The notes under the pieces: generated by a model | Told to the model about the DNA's origin: nothing | The model's input: the letters and a program-made list of their open reading frames with translations, nothing else | Databases searched by the model: none | DNA from: Bacteroidales bacterium | Lineage (GTDB): Bacteria; Bacteroidota; Bacteroidia; Bacteroidales; UBA7960 | DNA length: 64,000 bases | Assembly: GCA_003559855.1 (NCBI GenBank) | Contig: PWJZ01000057.1 | Span: 33,244 to 97,243, forward strand | Direction: 5' to 3' | Shown: one piece after another, positions 58,181 to 64,000 of the stretch | How positions within the stretch are numbered: position 1 is the first letter of the stretch | How the letters are laid out: the number at the start of each line of letters is the position of its first letter | Translations under genes and position numbers: made by a program

Positions 58181-58275
58181 GAGATTGCTCATTCCGTTTT
58201 ACTCCGAAATGACATGGTGGTTTTGTCGGCAGATATTCTGAAGCCACTGTCATTAGCACCGAAAGGAGAAACCTC
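58181..58275. repeat. two inverted copies of a roughly 30-nt GAGRTTKCTC...AATGAC word
   Basis: GAGATTGCTCATTCCGTTTTACTCCGAAATGAC (58181-58213) versus the reverse complement of 58249-58275, GAGGTTTCTCCTTTCGGTGCTAATGAC. Confidence 0.45.
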
Positions 58276-58441
58276 CGTTTTAGAACAGGATAATGTTTTT
58301 AAACGGTATCATTATTACAGCAATGGAGTCGTCTGCTCCGCTTTTTCAAAGACAACCATAAGGCAATCTCTTTGTATAACCGACAACTTTTTTAAACGGG
58401 TAATTTTTATAAAATCAGAGAAACAATTCTTTTAAAGTAGT

Positions 58442-59461
58442 TTAATCCACAAAAGAAACCCATCCGTGTGTATCGGGTTCTTCGCCATATTGGATACCTT
58501 GCAGCTTTTTATACAATTTTGTTGAAACAGGTCCGGCTTTACCGTCTTTACAGTATTGGTATGTTTTTCCGGTTTTGCGGTCCGTGATTTTCCGTATTGG
58601 AGTTATTATTGCTGCCGTTCCACAAGCACCTACTTCCTCAAAGCTTTCCAGTTCTTCTACCGGAACTTTGCGTTGCTCAACAGACATGCCTTCATCTTTA
58701 GCAAGCTGCATTATGCTTTTATTTGTAATGGAAGGAAGTATTGATGTTGATTTCGGTGTTATATATGAATTGTTTTTTATTCCGAAAAAGTTAGCGGGTC
58801 CGGCTTCATCAATGTATTTATTTTCTTTTGCATCGAGAAACAGAACTGCTGCATAACCTTCTGCTTTGGCTCGTTCTGTCGGCTTTAGGCTTCCGGCATA
58901 ATTTCCGCCTACTTTAATACTGCCCGTACCCTGTGGTGCGGCACGGTCAAAGTCGCTTGCTATCTGTATTGAAACCGGGTTAAAGCCTTCCTTGAAATAA
59001 GGTCCTACAGGTGTAACAAAGACCAGAAACAAATACTCTTTTGCAGGATTTACGCCTACCTGAGCCCCGGTACCTACCAGCAAAGGCCTTATGTATAGTG
59101 AAGCACCATGCCCGTATGGAGGAACGTACTTTTCATTGAGCAAAACAGCTTTTTTTATCATCTTATGAAAAAGTTCAGCCGGGGGTTTTGCCATCATTAT
59201 ACCTTCAGCCGAATCCTGCATACGACGGGCATTGTCTTCCCACCTGAATAATCTTATCTTGTTATCCTTGCCGCGATAAGCTTTCATGCCTTCGAAAGCT
59301 TCCTGCCCGTAATGTAAACAAGTGGATGCCATGTGAATATTAATAAGTTCGGACGATGAGACCTCAATCTCACCCCATTGACCGTTACGATAATAACAGC
59401 GCACATTGTAATCAGTCTTGAAATAACCGAAGGGGAGCTTGCTCCATTCAATATTTTGCAT
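58442..59461 (-). CDS. ilvE: branched-chain amino acid aminotransferase
   Basis: 339-aa ORF. Motifs: YGQEAFEGMKAY, GSIKVGGNYA (PLP lysine), GACGTAA. Confidence 0.93.
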   Translation of the reverse strand: MQNIEWSKLPFGYFKTDYNVRCYYRNGQWGEIEVSSSELINIHMASTCLHYGQEAFEGMKAYRGKDNKIRLFRWEDNARRMQDSAEGIMMAKPPAELFHKMIKKAVLLNEKYVPPYGHGASLYIRPLLVGTGAQVGVNPAKEYLFLVFVTPVGPYFKEGFNPVSIQIASDFDRAAPQGTGSIKVGGNYAGSLKPTERAKAEGYAAVLFLDAKENKYIDEAGPANFFGIKNNSYITPKSTSILPSITNKSIMQLAKDEGMSVEQRKVPVEELESFEEVGACGTAAIITPIRKITDRKTGKTYQYCKDGKAGPVSTKLYKKLQGIQYGEEPDTHGWVSFVD

Positions 59462-59763
59462 AATTCCTGAATTTTAAATGTTTTTATTTGTTTTGAAAAA
59501 TAAAGTCAAACGAACTTTTACCCGTAACAAAGCTCGATGACCGCTAAATTATAATAATATTTTTAATCAACCTGAAAAAACCATATAATTGCTTTAAAAC
59601 TGAAAAATTTTAAACAAAACATTGAAAAGATTAAATAAGACGTTTATGACAAGGCAATTTAAATTGTCACTCGTTACCCGTTACTTATATTAAAATTGTT
59701 AATAAATTGGAAGAGCTGAATAATTACATTATTTCAAGAAAACATTTGATCTGAAAGGAATAT

Positions 59764-61251
59764 TTATTTAAGTTGCGTGATGCTGTCGAGAAGTTCTATC
59801 ATTTTGTTTCTCATTATTCTGGCGGTGTCATCGTAGTCATTCACTATTAAGACAAATGCGATCAATTCATTGCTTTTTGTTTTGGTATAGCCTGCATAAG
59901 CTATTACATTGCTAAGGAAACCGCTTTTGGCAATCAGTATGTCTTGCGATGGCATTCCGCGAAACAAATGCGACAGGGTGCCTGTATGTCCGGCTGTGGC
60001 AAGACTTTCAAAAAAAGGGTTTGAATTGGGGCTGTCGGCTGAAAGTTTCAGAATATGAGCCAATTGTTTTGGTGTTATACGGTTTTTTTGTGCCAGTCCG
60101 CTACCGTCATGCATGTAAAAACCCTGAATGTCAATGCCTTTGTTTGACCAAAACTCCTTAACGGTTTTTATTCCGGCATTTGTTGTGCCTGTCATCTGCT
60201 CTTTCAGGGCTATGGTTTTTAAAAGGTTTTCAGCATAAGTATTAACACTGTTGGTGTTGGTTCTTTCAATTATTTTTTTGAGCGGGGGTGAATTATGAAT
60301 AGCTATTGTATATCTTTTCTCAACCTTAAAAATGTTTTTTTCTTGCAGCATTCTTGATGTTGTTGGTTTTTCAGTTATTTGAAGGCCTTTTTCTTTCAGG
60401 AAATCATGAAAGTGTCGGGCACAGAAATATGCCGGGTCGGGCATTGAGCCTCTTACGCCAAATTTTGCAACACCTGCCGGCACCGTTCCTGTAAGCCACC
60501 TCTTATTGGAAAAAGGGCTGCCCAGGATATACACATTATCTCCCGTATGGGGTTGTGCAGTATAAACCTGGTTGATAAAATCAACCCACGGCAGGGGAGG
60601 GTCGGTTTTCAAAACCCGTGCCGGCTTGCCCGGTGTCAGATCAGGCTCGAAATAAATGGTGTATTTGTTTTCCCTTACAGTCAAACCGCTTGAACCCGCA
60701 CCATAATAATTTCCTACATCTTCCCATGTCCATTCGCGTGGAACAAGCTCGTTGTCAAAAACAGATTCATCAGCAATTATTTGTCCTTCTACTTTTTTGA
60801 TGCCCAGCTTTTGCAAGGCCTCAAACCATTTTTCAAATATTTCTTCAGTAGTTTCAGTATCTTTCATATGCGGCGAGCCGAAGGCAGGATCGCCCGAACC
60901 GAGAATGTAAAGGTTGCCATGCAATATGTCTTTGTCATCAATCTGTCCGCAATATTGCAGTAAAGTTTCATACCGGTATTCTTTCCCTAGTATATTCAAT
61001 GCCGTAGCTGTTGTCACGATTTTTAGAGCCGAAGCAGGAATAAGAGAAAGGTCAGGATTTACTGAATGTAGCTCCTCTCCTGTTCTTACATTGTAAACAA
61101 CAAATCCCCACGAGGCAGTCCTCAGTGAAGGATCTTTTGAAAAAATTTCAACCTGTTTTTCAAGTTGCCTGAGGCTTATACCAGAATGGTCATTACCCTT
61201 CGACGAAAAAAATATTGTGATGGATAAGAGAAATAATGTTAGCTTTTTCAT
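59764..61251 (-). CDS. dacB: D-alanyl-D-alanine carboxypeptidase/endopeptidase (PBP4, S13 family)
   Basis: 495-aa ORF with a signal peptide. SxxK motif (PASALKIVT), SNN-like motif (NTNSVNTYAE), KSG motif (IAKSGFL). Confidence 0.88.
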   Translation of the reverse strand: MKKLTLFLLSITIFFSSKGNDHSGISLRQLEKQVEIFSKDPSLRTASWGFVVYNVRTGEELHSVNPDLSLIPASALKIVTTATALNILGKEYRYETLLQYCGQIDDKDILHGNLYILGSGDPAFGSPHMKDTETTEEIFEKWFEALQKLGIKKVEGQIIADESVFDNELVPREWTWEDVGNYYGAGSSGLTVRENKYTIYFEPDLTPGKPARVLKTDPPLPWVDFINQVYTAQPHTGDNVYILGSPFSNKRWLTGTVPAGVAKFGVRGSMPDPAYFCARHFHDFLKEKGLQITEKPTTSRMLQEKNIFKVEKRYTIAIHNSPPLKKIIERTNTNSVNTYAENLLKTIALKEQMTGTTNAGIKTVKEFWSNKGIDIQGFYMHDGSGLAQKNRITPKQLAHILKLSADSPNSNPFFESLATAGHTGTLSHLFRGMPSQDILIAKSGFLSNVIAYAGYTKTKSNELIAFVLIVNDYDDTARIMRNKMIELLDSITQLK

Positions 61252-61626
61252 TCGAATAAATTGTGTTTATAATTCTGATTTTTAATAATATATATTTGTT
61301 AAAGTTAGTGTTTTTAGTTCTTAATCAATTGTATCCTCATGCCTTATTACTCTCTTTGGTTATAATATCATTTACCCGCATTGTTCGTGAAATCGTTGCA
61401 CTAAGTTCATTAAATTCATTATTTTTTTGAGCGTTGGTTGACGGGGATTTTTTTTGTTTTCTTTATTACAGCCGCATGATAAGAAACTCCGGCGGTAAAG
61501 TATTGTTATGTTTAAATTTATTCGAGATTCATTTCTTTAAATTTAGTTTTCGTGCCTTACTGGCGGGTTAATTGACATTTTCATTCCTGATAGTTCAGGA
61601 AAACCAAATATCAGAACTTTAAATGT

Positions 61627-62589
61627 TTAATTTTGTCTGCCAAAAACCGAAACGTTAATATATTTTCCCGGATTTTTGCGAATGTCTTCAAGAAGTTGCT
61701 CAAGCTCCCCTGATGATTTTGAGAGGTTTATATAGAGGCTGTCGTCATGTAAAAGCAATCCGAGAGAACCTTCTCCACTATCAATTTTTTCCATGACCTT
61801 GCCAAAACTCTCAAGTGATTTGTTTGCATTATCGATAGTTTGAGCAATATCGGCTGAAACCAAGGTGTCGCTTATTGATTCGAGGTTGTTAAAGATATGT
61901 GTTATGGCTTTGTTGTTATTTTTAAGATTATTTGAGATAGATTCGACATTATGTATTATAGAAGCCAGCTTTGCTGCGCTGTTCAGGAAAGTTGTGTCGG
62001 CAACCTCTGTTATCTGCTGTATTGAAGCCAATGACTTTTGCAGGTCTTCAAAGCTTTGGATGAATTTTTTACGGGTATCTGCAGTGAAGAGATGGTTTAA
62101 TTCCAAAAGCACTGAGTCAGCTTTCGACAATACATCTTCAAGTTTTTCTCTTACCGGGATTATATTACCGATCAATTCATCTTGTATTTGAGGTTGAATA
62201 CTTGATGGCAAGGTGTCACCTTTTTGTATATGATCCGGCGAGTCTCCCAAAACCAGGTCTATTTCACGTGTGCCCACCAATCCGGTGGTATATAGGCGTG
62301 CTATTGAATTGTCGGGAATCCCGATCTTTTTTTCGGCGATACATCTTACCACAACATTTCCGCTGCCGTCGGGGTGCAGAAAAATCCTGTCAATATGTCC
62401 GACCTTTACACCACTAATGGAAACAGGATTAGTCTCCATAAGACCGCTGGTTTCTTCGTATACAACATAAAAAGTGATCTGTTTTGAAAAAATGTCGGTT
62501 CCCTTTAGGTAATTGATACCCCATATGAATAAGAATAATGCTCCGGCTATCACTATTCCTATTTTGACTTCTCTGCTTATTTTTTTCAT
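61627..62589 (-). CDS. mlaD: MlaD/MCE-domain protein
   Basis: 320-aa ORF. N-terminal anchor (EVKIGIVIAGALFLFIWGINYL), MCE domain (VSISGVKVGHIDRI), C-terminal helical region. Confidence 0.85.
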   Translation of the reverse strand: MKKISREVKIGIVIAGALFLFIWGINYLKGTDIFSKQITFYVVYEETSGLMETNPVSISGVKVGHIDRIFLHPDGSGNVVVRCIAEKKIGIPDNSIARLYTTGLVGTREIDLVLGDSPDHIQKGDTLPSSIQPQIQDELIGNIIPVREKLEDVLSKADSVLLELNHLFTADTRKKFIQSFEDLQKSLASIQQITEVADTTFLNSAAKLASIIHNVESISNNLKNNNKAITHIFNNLESISDTLVSADIAQTIDNANKSLESFGKVMEKIDSGEGSLGLLLHDDSLYINLSKSSGELEQLLEDIRKNPGKYINVSVFGRQN

Positions 62590-62809
62590 TTGTGTAAAAT
62601 GTATTTAAACTTCTGATTTCTGATGATATGTATTTGTCAAAACTGTTATTTTGCCTCTTTGACCGATGAGACCCTCATGCTTTTTTCATCTCGTTTTGTA
62701 AGTTTTAGCAGTTGCGGGTTTCATTACTGAATTCAATTAGAATGGTTTCGGTTAAAATTATGACAAGTAAAGGCCATATCACAAACAGACTTAATATTCA
62801 GGAATTGAT

Positions 62810-64000
62810 TTAGTTGTTTTCGTTATTCATTTGTCTTAGTAATCTGATAGCTTCGGAAGGAGATATTCTTTCTTCATTGAAAAATGCAACTACAAAGGCA
62901 TCTTTAAACCCTGCCTTTTGTACTTCTTCCTGTATTTTTGCGGCTGCTTCAAGCGTGTTCGCATTACCGACGGTATATTTATATAATCCTTCGTGAAAGT
63001 AATAATCAACTTCCTTAAGTATTGAGAATTCGGGTGAATCCAGGGGTTTCTTAACGCTGGCAGTGGCTATTTGAACCCTGAAAGAAATGTTGGCTTTATT
63101 ATCATCATTAATAATTTCTGATATTTCTCTTTTTGAACATTCAACATCTTCGTCGTTAATGTTGTGAGTGTTTATTTCTTTGGTAACGTTTGCCACAATT
63201 TTATGATCATCAACAGAGCCGGGTATTTTTTCCTTTTCATATATTTCTTTTTTGACTTCCTGGTGTTGCTGAATTTCGGCTGGTTTTATGTGGTTATTTT
63301 TTCTGGCTGCATAAAGTCTTTCCTGTTCTTCCTTGTATTCGCGAAAAGCTCTGAAAATGGCTGATGCAATATAAGCTCGTCCTGTTTCAGACATAAGGAA
63401 TCTTTCTTCTTCGGGGTTGCTCAGGAATCCTGTTTCTATAAGTACTCCCGGCATAGTAATCTGATACAGCACAAGGAACCCGGCTTGTTTTACTCCCCTG
63501 TCGATCCTGTTTGCTCTTTCAAGGAATTGTTGCTGTACAAATGAAGCCATATCGAGGCTGTTTTCGAGATAAGCGTTCTGATATAGTGTAAATATTATGT
63601 TTGCTTCAGGTGAATAAGGGTCAAATCCGTCATAAGTTTCTTCGTAATCGTCTTCGTAAAGTATTGCGGCGTTTTCCCTTTTTGCAACTTCCAGGTTTGC
63701 CTGGCTCCGGTGTAATCCCATCACATAGGTTTCGGTACCGTATGTAGATTTTACCCGGCTCGAATTGCAGTGCAATGAAATGAACAGGTCGGCATTGTTT
63801 TCGTTGGCTATTTGTGCCCTGCGGTAAAGTTTGACAAACTCATCCGTTTTGCGGGTATAAATAACTCTCACGTCGGGCAGGTTTTCTTCGATATATTGCC
63901 CCAGTTTGAGACCTATGGCAAGAACAATATCCTTTTCCATTGAGTTTCTGCCCAAGGCACCGGGGTCACGACCACCATGACCGGGGTCAATTACAACTGT
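62810..64000 (-). CDS. N-acetylmuramoyl-L-alanine amidase (Amidase_3) with C-terminal SPOR domain; 5' end outside window
   Basis: The track ORF starts at a TTG (63955). The frame stays open to the window edge and reads TVVIDPGHGGRDPGALGRNS, the canonical Amidase_3 N-terminal motif, so the gene is truncated by the window. The C-terminal SPOR-like region reads ISFRVQIATAS...FKDAFVVAF. Confidence 0.9.
   Translation of the reverse strand, partial: TVVIDPGHGGRDPGALGRNSMEKDIVLAIGLKLGQYIEENLPDVRVIYTRKTDEFVKLYRRAQIANENNADLFISLHCNSSRVKSTYGTETYVMGLHRSQANLEVAKRENAAILYEDDYEETYDGFDPYSPEANIIFTLYQNAYLENSLDMASFVQQQFLERANRIDRGVKQAGFLVLYQITMPGVLIETGFLSNPEEERFLMSETGRAYIASAIFRAFREYKEEQERLYAARKNNHIKPAEIQQHQEVKKEIYEKEKIPGSVDDHKIVANVTKEINTHNINDEDVECSKREISEIINDDNKANISFRVQIATASVKKPLDSPEFSILKEVDYYFHEGLYKYTVGNANTLEAAAKIQEEVQKAGFKDAFVVAFFNEERISPSEAIRLLRQMNNENN

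Noticed and set aside
58214-58435. 73-aa plus-strand ORF in the pyrF/ilvE convergent gap.
   Set aside because: It runs through the inverted GAG..AATGAC repeat pair, has no -7 box and no recognisable domain. It is more likely non-coding structured DNA. Flagged for a tblastn check in the findings.

Overview
This 64-kb segment looks like a chromosomal piece of a Bacteroidota genome. Support: two proteins carry T9SS C-terminal sorting domains, many genes have exact TAnnTTTG -7 promoter boxes 25-55 nt upstream, Shine-Dalgarno sequences are almost absent, and the intergenic DNA is AT-rich. I call 48 CDSs; the last one is truncated by the right window edge. Most are housekeeping or envelope genes: hisS, hutH, hutU, secA, smpB, prfA, pyrC, pyrF, dapA, ilvE, tatA, a purM-like gene, dacB, mlaD, an amidase, a ctp peptidase and a GH3/serine-hydrolase fusion. 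I found no rRNA, tRNA, CRISPR array, transposase, integrase or recognisable defence gene, and no convincing wholly new protein-coding system. The items most worth a second look are: (1) a three-gene trehalose module in which the TPS-fused phosphatase domain looks catalytically dead, while an intact phosphatase domain is fused to a beta-phosphoglucomutase next to a GH65 phosphorylase; (2) a non-autonomous MITE-like element with 21-nt terminal inverted repeats and a 9-bp target-site duplication, plus a second diverged copy abutting the start of a T9SS cargo gene; (3) a dispersed class of degenerate short-period (mostly 7-nt) tandem word repeats in many intergenic regions; (4) long imperfect inverted repeats in convergent intergenic regions; (5) a tandem enzyme/pseudo-enzyme amidohydrolase pair; (6) a lone strong Shine-Dalgarno sequence and a GC-rich hairpin around two hsp20 genes. 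All functional statements rest on motif reading by eye; no database searches were run.
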